Program-made: the position numbers and the translations under genes
Notes under the pieces: generated by a model
Told to the model about the DNA's origin: nothing
Databases searched by the model: none
What the model saw: the letters and a program-made list of their open reading frames with translations, nothing else
Part shown: piece after piece, positions 1-12,632 of the stretch
Layout: every line of letters begins with the position of its first letter
Position numbering within the stretch: position 1 is the stretch's first letter
Assembly (NCBI GenBank): GCA_018398765.1
Contig: JAHBMJ010000001.1
Coordinates: 124,001-188,000, forward strand
Direction: 5' to 3'
Length of the DNA: 64,000 nucleotides
Origin: Chromera velia
Taxonomy: Eukaryota

Positions 1-265
1 TGAAAGAGAAGGACAGAGAGAAAAGGCAGTAGTGGCAGACAGCAAGTTCGTGACGCGCCCCAGAAAGAAGGACTAAGCACTCTATGAAAAAATGGAAGCA
101 GCTGATACCGCTCTGACTCTCAATCTCTTTGCTGTGGAAGAGAGAACTGTAGATGAGATGAGAAAGAAGTTTTTGATCTCTCTTTGCATCTCTGCAAACC
201 ACTTCAAACTCCCGTGTTTCTCTGAGAAGAGTGCAGAAACGGTCTTTTCAGACACTTTTGATTAA
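1..265 (+). pseudogene. Possible decayed C-terminal fragment of a transposase-like ORF entering from upstream
   Basis: One frame reads PRKKD*ALYEKMEAADTALTLNLFAVEERTVDEMRKKFLISLCISANHFKLPCF...FD*, followed by AT-rich sequence. The resemblance to a MULE transposase C-terminus is only an impression. Confidence 0.25.
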
Positions 266-2282
266 ATAAATGCATCATGTGTAATTGATCTATGTAGATA
301 GCGTTAATTCACTTTATTTCATTTTTTTTTTTTGCTCTTTAAAAATTGTATCTTAAAGTACTTTATAGCGTTCTCATTAATCTAGGTTCCCATACAGCTT
401 TTCCAACTTCTTGCTACTTAATTCCTCTTTGATGTCAATCAGATTGTTCGTTTAATTGAGTTTAATTCAATTTCGTGCTCCAAGCCGGCCACTTCAGGCG
501 GCGAATTCAGAAGAAACGTTTCAGTGCCCTAGTCAGTGCTAGTTAGTGCCTCCATATTACATGCATCTACTGCGGCTTTCCAGGGCTGCTCACACGCTTG
601 CGTGCGTCAGATGCCACGCCCCTTCTTCCATACACGAGAGTGGGCGCGCGCTGCACACCGACGTTGTTGTAGTGGGTACTCCCGTTGTCGAGTCTGGCAT
701 CAAAAGAGGGACACATACAAAAGTTCTTCTCTTTCGAGGCGTCGTGAGCGGTGCATGTCGGGAATTATCGGGATGCCTTTTTATGTACGCTCCTCTTTTG
801 CAACACTATGTACGACATTATTACTCAGAGAGACGGGGAACTCGCCAACCATTCATTCAACAATTGTCATGCAGTGTGCAGATTGAGTTGTACAACTCAA
901 GTGAAGTAAAGTGAACTTGAGTTTCGAAGGAAAATGATGTCCAAAAAGCTTCAGAGTAATTGCGGGGGCCGGCTTATATATAGAGAAATTTTTATGTGTC
1001 CCTTCCAGTTGGGCCCGAATGGCAACTATGTGCGCACAAATCACTACTTGGTTATAAGCTATAGTAAGATTTGGACATGATTTGGTCCCAAAATGCAAAT
1101 TTCTGCACAGGTGGTGCCCACGCAGTCATCTCAGACGCGAGTATAGTATAGTAAGATATATGGCACGCTCCGGATCAAACCTGCAGCCATATATTCGCAC
1201 ATGCACTTCCTTTTTTCACTATAGTCGATCGCGAGCATTGGTTATCCTGGCCAGCAAGGCGCTCTCACTGCCTGCGTTTTCATTGGTCAAAGACGTTCTC
1301 TTATCTCTCTACAACCCCTCTGATCTCTGTACAAAATCACAGGTTGGTCAAGGTCTTTTCCCGACACACTGAGAGCGCAAGACGTAGCAAGCGCCTTTCT
1401 TTCGTCTGGATTCACTGGAGCGTCCCATTGCATTCCACGACGGATAAATTCCCGGCTCGCGGCTCTTCATTGTAGTCTGGTGGTTTGCGAGAAAGGCGGG
1501 CTTCAAATGCGGAACTGATCTGTCCTTTCTTCAAGTACGGGAACGTGGTCTACGGCGGGGTGAAAAGTGCGAAAGAAATCGGTACGTGCAAAGAATCAGT
1601 CAGCCGTCTCCGACCGAATTCTCTATTGTGAAACCAGATTTGTGCAGACTTTTGAGCTTGCTCCTTTGCATGGGCACCTTTCTTGTCTGTGTGTGGAGTC
1701 CTTGTTGCCGGATGGCAATTTGCTTCCTGGGTGGGACATATGCGTAAACCGATTTTTGGCAAGTCGAGTCTTACTCCCTCACTGAGCCACTTCAGCTGCA
1801 GGGTCTGAATCTCGCAATAGCGCTCTGCCGCTTACTCCCCCGCGCCAGGAAGTCTTGTGCTCGCGGACTTTCACTTCGCTCTTGCACCTTTGAACCTGAC
1901 CTGTCTAATTTCTTGCGTGCCTTTATAGCGTCCTCCCTTTTGATGGTGTGTGGGTTGTGGTGGTGCTTTCTGGTATCCCTCTCTCCGGAGACGGAGAGGC
2001 CAAAAGAACCTAGAGCGCGCGGTGTTTTGACGGCGCGGAATGCGAATGGTGGATGGTTGTATTGACATCCATACATGCGGGTATACATATGTGGGAAGAA
2101 GGGAAACACACAGAACGTCATTTCGATCTGACCGATCTCAAGTTTCTTTCCTTCTGTCTCTCTCTTCTTCCCTTCTGTCTATCTGTCTCTGTGTCTGTGC
2201 AGAAAGAACAGGAAGGACCGGGAAGTGATTCTTCCTCTCTCTGTCTGGATCTCTCTTTGTCTTTCTCTCTCTCTGTCTCTGG

Positions 2283-3618
2283 ATGAGTCGGTTCAACCTG
2301 AGTGCGAAGGGGTCGGGCGACTCCCTCATGAACGGGGGGGGGGATTCCTCTTCCGCTGTGGGTGTGCCTGAGATTATCTCCATGTCGATGGACGAGAAGA
2401 TGGCCTACTCGGTGCATTTGATCAACGAGTACTCGGCCTCTCTGCACAACAACAACGTCAGGTGTGAGGTCTCGGAGGACAAGGGACGAGTTCTCTTCAG
2501 GTCGGGAGGGAGGGGGGGGGGAAGGAGGGCATCACCATGAATGAATCATCAAGCAAGAAGGGGGGGCCTCAGTGTGTTCGTGCGTGCTTCTATGTGTGGT
2601 CACGTGGGGGGAGGGGGGGCGAAAGGGAAGCTGTCGAGGGGAATTCCAGAAGAAGAAAGAAACGTCGGCATGCTGTTTTGTCAAACCTGGAGGGGGGGGG
2701 AAAGCAAGGAACTATGCAGGAAGGAACCGTGCATCAGTTTCCTTGGCAACAGCGCACACAGAAGTGAGTCAATGATCAGTCGCTTTGCTTTGCTTTGCTT
2801 CTTCACTCTCTTACTGCAGCAGAAACGTGCAGCCTCTGGTCTGCCCCCCCGCCACGCATCCGTTTCTTTCTGCGTATGTCTGTGCAGCAATCGGAATTTC
2901 AGACCTGGGGAGAGAATATTCATCCAGGTCCGTCCGTCCGTCTGTCTTTTTTTTTTGTAACGACACGTCTTCTGTTTGGGCCTGGTTTTTCGTTCTTTTG
3001 AAATGCGTGTTCGTTTCTGTCTCGCTGGGTGTCTTCCTTTCCGTAAGTCCTTTCACCAAAAGGACTGACTGCTGACACTCACCGAAGGATTATCCGCGAG
3101 TGACAATCTTGAGCAGAAAGGAGGAAGAAAAGGGGTTCCTTCCAAAAGCAAGCAGTTGAGTGAATAGATGAGATGAATGCATGGCGAGTGAGAAGAAGTC
3201 GAGAGAGAGAGCCCCCCCACTTCTCGCTCGCTCTCCAACAAAGTCTTTGATGGATGCGCTTGCATGTCGCATTGTGTCTTGATTTGTTTTTTTTCTCCTC
3301 TTTTCTCCCTGTGCGCCTAGGTAGGGCTCCTTCTGTCTGTTCTTTTTGACCATGAACTCCCAAAGGCCGTTTATGTTTTCCTTGGTCAATTGGTTTTCAT
3401 GTTCTATATTTTACCGGAGGACTCAGCGTCTTCGTATTCATATGTGTCCGTAGAGGAATAAGTTAATGAGGGGATATGTGAACGGATGGATGCATCGTAA
3501 CTAGCATGTGCGTAGCCTCCCCGCATTTCTTCTCTCTCTCCTCTCTGCTTTCATCACCACCCGTTTGTACTCTTCTATCCCTCCCCATCATTCCTTCCTT
3601 CCATTCGTCCCATGCATA

Positions 3619-3657
<39 letters not shown>

Positions 3658-4142
3658 GTGCATGTGAGCGTGTGTGTGTACGTGTGTGTGTGTGTGTGTG
3701 TGTGTGTGGCTGCAGCCCCCCCTGCACGTCGTTCAGGTCGGTCAGTTGTCAGCTCTCTCTCTTTCTGTGTATCTCTCCCTTTCGTCCTCTACTGTTTTCT
3801 TGTGCCGACATGTGCATGCAAATCCGTTTCCTTTCCTTTCCTTTGCTTCTTCTCTGACAAAGTTCTGGCCATTCGGTGTCTTCTGCCTCTGTCTGTCAAT
3901 TGTTGCCAGCCAGAGAGAGAGAGAGAGAGAGAGAGAGAGTCTGCACATGGTCGCTCTGGGAGTCCTTTTTGTTTTGTCGTTCTCTCCCCTTTTGTTCGAC
4001 GTTGGACACCCACAAATGATGACAGGATCTCTCTGGTGTCGGTCGGACACACACACACCCACACACACAAACACACACACACATATACACATACATCCAC
4101 ACACACACACACATCCACACACACATCCACACACACACACAC

Positions 4143-4178
<36 letters not shown>

Positions 4179-4300
4179 NNNNNNNNNNNNNNNNNNNNNN
4201 NNNNNNNNNNNNNNNNNNNNNNNNNNNNNNNNNNNNNNNNNNNNNNNNNNNNNNNNNNNNNNNNNNNNNNNNNNNNNNNNNNNNNNNNNNNNNNCACACA

Positions 4301-4337
<37 letters not shown>

Positions 4338-4378
4338 ACACACACCCACCCACACACACCCACCCACACAGACACACA

Positions 4379-4418
<40 letters not shown>

Positions 4419-5167
4419 TTCATGGAGGGATTTCTCTCTGTCTGTCTGTCTGACTGTCTTTCTGGCTGGCTGCAGGAAGATCCGAACAGCGACCTCTTCA
4501 AGAGGATCAAGAAGGCCTCCAAAGACAAAAAGCTGGACTTTGAACCCCTCTGGTACTGGTCAGTCTCTCTCCCTCTCAGTCTCTCTCTCTCTCTCTCTCT
4601 GTCTGTCTTCTCTCTCTTGTCTTGCCAGTCGTGTATGTGTGCACAGGTGCGCCCTTCCTGCCCTTCCTTGGAATCCCTCCCACATCATGACATTGATGGA
4701 TGGATGGAGGAAACGATATGCCTGCCTGCCTGCCTGCCTGCAGGTGCGCCCTGAACACCCAATTCAACGAGGGCACCCAGACCCTCCCCCCCGCACTGGC
4801 CGTCTCAGGGCTCCAACGGATGACTCCCATAGATCAGCAGAGGTTCCTCATGCTCTTCGCCCCCGACTGCCAGGAACCCTCAGACGACAGTCAGTCAGTC
4901 AGTCAGGCCCCCTCTTTCAACATTCTCGACATTCAGTCGGCCAGTCAGCCATTCAGATAGACAGTTTGTGACTTTCACACAGACAGTCAGTCAGTCAGTC
5001 AGCCAATCAGACAGGCATTTTGTGACTTTCAGACAGACAGACTCGATTACTGAAAGAATAAGTGAGTACGCAGCCGAGGAAATTCGTCGGTCAGTCATCC
5101 ATGCTCAAGAAGCATCGCACTGAAGGCGGGGGGAAGAAACGAGTGAAAAGACGCAAAGGAAAGGAGC

Positions 5168-5248
<81 letters not shown>

Positions 5249-6251
5249 CAGCGAAATTGCTGATGCAAACCCTGGGGTTGAGTCAAAGTCTGGACCTCGT
5301 TCTGTTTGAGAAACTCTTGCAGGTCCGTCGGGTGTCCTTCGTCCTTCAATTAATCAACAGCTATGTGTAGCTCTTGTTATCTATCGCTCGGAGTGCATGG
5401 AGGTCTCCACTGCCCCTCCCTCCCAACTTTTGCATCCCCATCTTGCTCGAGCGCTCTCTGTTGCGTGAGGGAGGGAGGCACGTGGTTCCTCTTCTTTACC
5501 GTTGGCCTGACTTTTTTTCCGATTCCCTTTTTGCTGCATGTGCGAATTTATTGGCGGATGGGTCCCTCCTTTTCCCCCTTCTTCGTATCTTCTGCCGTTC
5601 CGCCTGTTGATTGTTGTCGAGCACCGTTGTTTAGACTCGTTTTCGACTTTTGTTTTATGCATGTATGTTTGGTGGTTCGTTCGCTCTCCTTGCGACCCTC
5701 CTTTTGTTCCTCGCCCTCCGTCCTTGTTCCACTCACGCACTCTCTGTCTCGGTGTGGGCCCATGTACACAATCAATTCAAATTACGTCAGTCTTTCTGTC
5801 TGTGTGGATGCAATGCAGGTCTGGATCCACAACTGCTTTGAATACTCAGACGCTCCTCTAGGGTAGGTTGGGGTGTGTGTGGTGTGTGAGTGTTCAGGCA
5901 TGTGGGGAGTGTGCACGAATGTTTGGATCTTGTCGTCGTCTGAGTTGGTGCTCTTGTTGCCGTTGTACTTGTGCTCTCACGCCAATCTCTCTTTCTCTTG
6001 CTCTTTCTCTCCGTCTCTCTCCTTTTCCCTCTTGTAGGGGTTTCTATTCTCTTTGTCCCCGTCCCCGTGAGTGCCTTTGAAGAAGCTGTTGCTTTGTCAG
6101 CTTGGAGCGTTTCTGCTAGTGATACTCTGACGTGTTGGCCTGGCATTTTCCGCTTTTTGCCTTCCCCCCACAATTTTGGCTTGTGGGCATTGCACTTTGT
6201 TGGGAGGCTTTGTGTCCATTCAGGTGCTTTTCCCTCTTCTTATCTTCTTGC

Positions 6252-6299
<48 letters not shown>

Positions 6300-8460
6300 T
6301 GTGTGTGCAGGTACAGCGTGTACTTCATCTCCTCGTTCCTTGCCCACAGCTGCTTGCCCAACTGTGTGTGGCATTACGACGACGATCAAAATTTTGTTTT
6401 GAGGGCACGCACAGAAATCCCGTCAGTTAGTCAATCAGTCAGTGAGGGGGTCTGGTGGTTCCAAGCAGAGCCGCCGTGCAGTCTATCTTCATCTTGGGAG
6501 GACATCTCATCATCATCCCGTTTGTTTGTTCGTTTGTTTGTTTGTTTTTCTTTGCACCGGCCTTGCGATCGACCTGGATCCTTTTTTCTTTCTTCCTCTC
6601 TTCCTTCCTTCCTTCCTCCCTCCTTACTTTGTTTCTTTCTTTCTTCTCTTCCTTCCTTTTCTCTTTCTCTTTCTTGTCTTCCTTCCTTCTTTTCTTTCTG
6701 TTCTTCCTTCCTTTTCTTTCTCTCTTTATTTATTTATTTCCTTCTTTCTTTCTGCTCTCAGGTTGTTTCCTCTTTACTTCATTTCTCTATTCCGCCATGC
6801 AAGAGCTGCTTCGCTGATCATCTGATCAGCTGAATGACCCACTGTGTGCCTCCCTCCCTGCCTGCCTGCCTGCCTCATTGGCTGACTGACTGACTGCAGG
6901 GCGGGAAGGGAACTGTCGGTGTCCTATTTGTCTGAGGACGCGCTGCTGCAGGTAAGTCTGTTTGTTTGCCCTTTTGTTTGTTTGTTTCTTTGTTTTGCCC
7001 CCCCCNNNNNNNNNNNNNNNNNNNNNNNNNNNNNNNNNNNNNNNNNNNNNNNNNNNNNNNNNNNNNNNNNNNNNNNNNNNNNNNNNNNNNNNNNNNNNNN
7101 NNNNNNNNNNNNNNNNNNNNNNNNNNNNNNNNNNNNNNNNNNNNNNNNNNNNNNNNNNNNNNNNNNNNNNNNNNNNNNNNNNNNNNNNNNNNNNNNNNNN
7201 NNNNNNNNNNNNNNNNNNNNNNNCCCCCTCTCTCTCCTGTGTCCGTTATTGTCCTCAGCCCTTTCACAGATCCAACAGTAAAGTGTTGCGATGGCCTCCC
7301 TCAAGTGTTGAGTGAGTCTCCTTTTTCGGTCTGCTTCCATTTCCGGGGCTCCTCTCGCCCTTCCTCTCTTTTCTCTTCTCTTCTCTTCCATAAACTTGCA
7401 CGAGTCAAAAGAAAAGCCTCTCACTCCATCTCTCAGGGTCCTTCTCTGAATTCATTTTCTTAATTCTCTCTCTTCTCGATCCCGCAGCCGAAGGCAGAAG
7501 ATTAACTAATTCTTCCACAATTAATTGATTCTTTCTGTTCTCAGCCCACCCCGAAGAGGCAAAAGGTGCTGGAGAGCACGAAGAGCTTCCTCTGCCAGTG
7601 CGAGAGGTGCACTGCCCGCATCGACCTCGGAAGAGGATTCCGGTGTCCCCACTGTAGAGAGGGCACTATCTTTCTCGCGTCAGTCCGTCAGGCAGGCAGG
7701 CAGGGAGGCAGTCAATCGATGCAGGCAGGCAGGGAGGCAGTCAATCGATGCAGGCAGGCAGGCAGTCGGTCGATACAAATGAAAGACTCCAGGCAAAAAG
7801 AAAGAAACGTCAGCGCCGAGCACAGAAAGATGGTCGCTCTGCGTGCGTCAATCCGTCAGAGGGTCTCACAGAAAGAAAGAAACCAAGCACAGGATTGAGG
7901 GAGAACGGAGAGTCGCCTTTCAGACAGACAAATCTGTTCTGTCTGGCTGTGTAAATGAAAGGAAAAAGAAGAAAGCCATATAGCCTGTCTGTGTGAGTGC
8001 TTTTGTTTATGCAGGCCCGCCTGGGGCACGAGCAGGGACTCTCATCGTTCGGTCGGGTCTCCTTCGCCTCCCTCGCAGCACTACTCGACGGTCGGGCACA
8101 GACGCTCGAATGTTGTGGAGGCCGGGATTTGCAGTCGTTGCGGTCGGGAGTTGAGTCACTTCGAGAGGCTGTTCCTGGTGCAGCAGGAACGTCACTACAT
8201 CCAGCAGATGTTGGCATTAGACGGGGAAGAGGAGGAGGAGGAGGTGGAGGAGAAAAAGAGAGATGGACTACAGGCGGGTGTGCCCATCCAGCCTCCTTTG
8301 GAAAATCCTTGTTTCATCAAGATGAACTCGGACATTCGCTTTCTCTTCACACAGCACTGGGTCCTCTCTCGGTGGGTTTACACTCTTTTTTTTTGTTTTG
8401 TTTTAATTTTTTTTTTTGGTTGTTGGTGCATATCTTGTCTGTTGGAAACAGGGGGACCTC

Positions 8461-8515
<55 letters not shown>

Positions 8516-8754
8516 TTGATTTGTTGGTGCATGGGTTCACAAGGAAGAATATTGTTGGAACTTTTCCTTTTTCTTGTACCAGATGCGCTCGTACTTCTCC
8601 TCTTTCTCATTCCGCACGTCGTTTCTTTTTTCGGGACATCGGTGAAAGAAAAGAAAAGGGGGAACTTCGCGTTGGCGCCTCGGTGCTTTCTTTCGTCTTT
8701 GCCTTCTTTCTTTCTTGTGCGTTCGGATGACCGATGGCTGTGGAAGTTGCTTGC

Positions 8755-8797
<43 letters not shown>

Positions 8798-8909
8798 TGT
8801 AATGCTTCGTACTTCCACCCATCCATCCAGTGATTGATTGAATGTTTGCCTATTCGAGAGAGAGAACCTGCACCCACGCGTGTTTGTTGGCTTCTCTCTC
8901 TCTCTTTGT

Positions 8910-8949
<40 letters not shown>

Positions 8950-9858
8950 CTTTCCCCATGCTACATTGTGCGCTTGTTGTTGTAGCGAATGAGCCATGCA
9001 TGCGTTCTACTGTCTGCATGTCGTCGGAATAAATGATTGAATGCCTGCAGGAGAAGGGACGCATCGGTAGCGCCGAAATGGCGCAAGCTCTGTGGGCAGA
9101 CAACGGGGTGGGTGGGTGGGTGGGTCTTTCTTTGAAGCAAATTTCCCTTTCTCAACTCTCTCTGCATCATGGGGTGGAAGGGGGGGACGTTGCGGGTAGG
9201 AAAGGAAGCTTATTCGGGAGTCGTTCCTTCTGTTCCTCATTCAGTGAGTGATATCTTTTGCTTCCCCCTTTTTTCCCACCAGGTTGTCTGTCTGGTTCTC
9301 TCTTTGTGGTCTGGGTGTATATCCTTTTCTTGTCGTACGTCCTGTCGCGTCAGTTTTTGTTTTGCTTCCTGTTGCTGGAAGGTATCCAGAACCCAATATT
9401 CTCCTTCGACCAACTTCCTGACGCAATGCAGTTGGTTGAAGGCACTGCACTAGTCGTTGAACGCACAATGAATGAATAAATGGATAATGCAGGCAATGGG
9501 ATTTGCGCGGCGGGCGCACGAAAGTTTGTCACTCCTCTTCGGAAGAGACCACGAATACGCCCTGAGCGTTGAGGAGAAGATGAAGACACTCAGGGTAAGT
9601 GAGTGGGCGGGTGGGTGGGTGGGTGGATGGGTGAGGTGTGAATCAATGAGAGGAAGATCAAGTTCCCCCTGCATGTCTTTGAGTTTTGGGTTGAATGATC
9701 GATTCGTCAACGTACATGCCTGTGTGCGTCCTTTCGTGTTGATGCTAGATCGGTCGATCCGTCATTTCGTTCGTTGTGTTCGACAGCCAGTGAAGAAAAC
9801 GTGAAGACAGATGTGCAGGATTGAAGTTGTGAGTATGACCGTTACTCTGTGAGCTCGC

Positions 9859-9895
<37 letters not shown>

Positions 9896-10120
9896 GGTGT
9901 GGGTGTGGGTGTGGGGGTGTGTGCGTGTGCATGTGTGTGCGTAAGTGTTCTCTGCCCATCTAGCCATGTCTCTTTCTCCCTGTGAGCCTATGCGTGTGTG
10001 AGAGACCCAGGGAAGCTGCCTGCGTATGCAAGTATCCCTGCGTGTCCCTTCCCTTCCCTTTCCTTCCAATCTCTCACCGTGCAGCGGAAAATCGATGAGG
10101 CCATCGGAATTCGAGATTGA
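2283..10120 (+). CDS. AKMT: SET-domain lysine methyltransferase of the AKMT/PfSET7 type (SMYD-related, no MYND finger, Cys-rich post-SET, helical TPR-like C-terminus); multi-exon
   Basis: Exons spliced by eye with GT..AG and consistent phase: 2283-2500, 2888-2927, 3716-3736, 4476-4558, 4744-4889, 5252-5322, 5819-5862, 6311-6421, 6900-6951, 7545-7678, 8015-8371, [unresolved 8372-9492], 9493-9594, 10085-10120 (TGA). The product reads KGRVLFSNRNFRPGERIFIQPPLHVVQED...EPLWYWCALN...VWIHNCFEY...ISSFLAHSCLPNCVWHYDDDQNFVLRARTEIPAGRELSVSYL...FLCQCERC...RGFRCPHC...CSRC...HW...LFGRDHEY. These are SET motifs plus post-SET CxCxxC and extra CxxC pairs, matching my recollection of apicomplexan AKMT/SET7. Confidence 0.85.
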
Positions 10121-11959
10121 TTGATTGATGGGTTGATGAATCGATGAATTGGTGTAAGAAAGAAAGAAAGGAAGAAAGTGTTGTTGTTTGTATTGCTCAT
10201 GGGGATCTCGTTGGGGGGTGCTTTGTCGAGGGAGACAGGGGGAGTGGGAGTGGGAGGGAGAACATTGAGAGAGAGAGAGAGAATGGAATCGAAGGGAATG
10301 GACAGACGAGGTCCATCCCACAAATGAATTCAATGAATCAATCAATCGCATGACATGCATGCATGCACTTGAGGGAGGGAGGCAATGGAATGGAGAGCCA
10401 GGCCGAGCTAGTGACAACAGGGAGCCATGCAGAATGAATGAATGAATGAGAGAGGGAGGGAGGGAGGGTGCTTCTGATGGAATGGGTGAAGAAGTTTCCC
10501 CCCTCCAGTCTTTCTCTTCTGCTCATTCTCTGTTTCGAGTTGGAGCCGGGATCATGGCGTTTTGTCGGGAAAGGAGGTTTTGTTTTGATGGGAAATTAAG
10601 AGAGGGGGCAAAGGGCAAGCTAGAACGTTGTCGCAGGCAGTGAGCAGGGAGGGATTTCCTCAGGAGTAGGTGGGAGGGGCGCATTGGGCTCTTTTGTCTA
10701 TTTCCTCTTACCTACCTAACCGTTTTTGTAACCGATCATTTCCTCATCCCTCCTCCCTTCCGTTTGTTTGGTCGTCACTTTCTCTCTCTTTCCGTCCATC
10801 TATCCATTCCATCCGTCTCTTCGCTGAGTGCGCCACTCACCGTCCCCTTCGTCCGTCTTTCCTTTCTCCCTGCTGTAGTTGTCCTTTTCTTTCCTCACTA
10901 AACCATTTGCCTTCACCTGTCGATGTATGTAATCGAGAAGGACGGTCACAGAAGGAAAGAATTAAAACGTAAGATTAAGTCATGTGAAAGGAAAACGCCC
11001 CGCTGACAATCCCAGCTCTCGGTCGAGCTAGTCCTCGTCAAAACCGCTCGCCCGACCTTGATCCACAATTCCCCGTTTCCCTCCCTTCGCGTTCGGCTTT
11101 TGGGCAATCGATCGAACAGACCTGCAGTCACCTGGCTGTGCGCAGTGTGTCAGATAGCATGTCGGCATTGCTCCCTTCTCTCCAGCACAGTGCACATTCC
11201 GAAATTGAATCCCGAACTGGATCCCCAAGAACCCCTCACAGGCAATCATGAACATCAATACAGCTCGATCGACTCCAAAGAAATTTGATCGGACACAAAC
11301 TAGCTAGCAAAGTTGTAGTTGAGAAAATCTACTGAAAAATAAAAGAACTCAAGAATAAAATCATATTATAATAATTATCATATGATTAGTGACTAGGTTT
11401 GATTTCAATGATATGATTTGATATGAGGTTAAGTTCAACCTTATATCAAATCTCAAGCCACAGAAAGTTCAGCTTGATATGTATGGCCTATCAAATTTTA
11501 CTGGAAATTTTATCAAATCCACTTTAAATCTGACCTCGGATCTGACCTCTTCACCTCAAATCTTTGAAATCAATTTCAATATCACGATCAATAAAAAAGC
11601 TTACATGTTTTCTTCATTATTTTTTTAAGTTCTAACGGAAAATGGCCTCTAAAAAAAAATCTCTCAGCCTTAGGTCTAGCCTCAGTTCTAGCCTGAGTTG
11701 GTGGGGGCTATAGAAGGAGAGACTTTTTGCCCCCCTCGAACCCACCCCAGCCCCCAGCCTTTGGCACCTTTGCCTAAGCCTTTACAAAAACCTGTGCCAT
11801 AAAAGGTTAGATAAAAGGCACAGGTCTTTGCAGAAGCCTAAGCAGGGACAAATTTGAAATTTCCCGGTAAAACATGTTTCTTTTCCCTCTTCTTTAAAGT
11901 TCTTTTGGAATTATGGACACAATTAATACTTCTAGTTAGACTTCTACTAGGTTTACTTA

Positions 11960-12502
11960 GGGGCAGCGCACTAAAGATTTTTGGTAACTTAGGTATATTA
12001 GGGGGCTGACCCCCCCTCCTCCCCCCCTTTTATTATTTAATTTAGTAACCCCCCCCCCCGGACCCCCGAGGTTTGGTGGGGGTGGTATAAAGTGAGAGGT
12101 GTGTTTCATTGCCTGTACGTTGACATGAATTGTAACTTTCTTTCCCCCTCCCCCNNNNNNNNNNNNNNNNNNNNNNNNNNNNNNNNNNNNNNNNNNNNNN
12201 NNNNNNNNNNNNNNNNNNNNNNNNNNNNNNNNNNNNNNNNNNNNNNNNNNNNNNNNNNNNNNNNNNNNNNNNNNNNNNNNNNNNNNNNNNNNNNNNNNNN
12301 NNNNNNNNNNNNNNNNNNNNNNNNNNNNNNNNNNNNNNNNNNNNNNNNNNNNNNNNNNNNNNNNNNNNNNNNNNNNNNNNNNNNNNNNNNNNNNNNNNNN
12401 NNNNNNNNNNNNNNNNNNNNNNNNNNNNNNNNNNNNNNNNNNNNNNNNNNNCCCCCCCCCCTAACATAACTGGGTTACCAAAAATCTTTAGTGCGCTGCC
12501 TC
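11960..12502. mobile_element. Non-autonomous PIF/Harbinger-type (Tourist-like) MITE
   Basis: 29-bp TIRs: GGGGCAGCGCACTAAAGATTTTTGGTAAC (11960-11988) and its reverse complement at 12474-12502 (1 mismatch). TTA on both flanks (11957-11959, 12503-12505), the 3-bp TSD typical of PIF/Harbinger. Interior partly N-gap. Confidence 0.8.
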
Positions 12503-12632
12503 TTACAGAAACACTCTATGAATATTAAAACATATATATGTATTTATCACTTTTAGCATTCAGGCTATAGTTGGCACTCATATTGGCTAAACTAAAAAAT
12601 AAATTTTAGCTAACGCTAAGCCAATAGTTTAG

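Noticed and set aside
1412..2068. Possible small spliced gene on the minus strand, divergent from the SET gene (MSIQPSTIRIPRR...)
   Set aside because: Plausible splice sites exist, but several frames are equally possible and there is no recognisable motif. It needs RNA-seq.
3508..4971. Long ORFs rich in VC, HT and RE repeats
   Set aside because: These are intronic (GT)n, (CA)n and (GA)n microsatellites plus an N-gap. Only the short embedded exons are coding.
6341..6362. AHSC instead of NHSC read as a catalytically dead SET domain
   Set aside because: As I recall, this variant is normal in the AKMT/PfSET7 family, so it is not evidence of inactivity.
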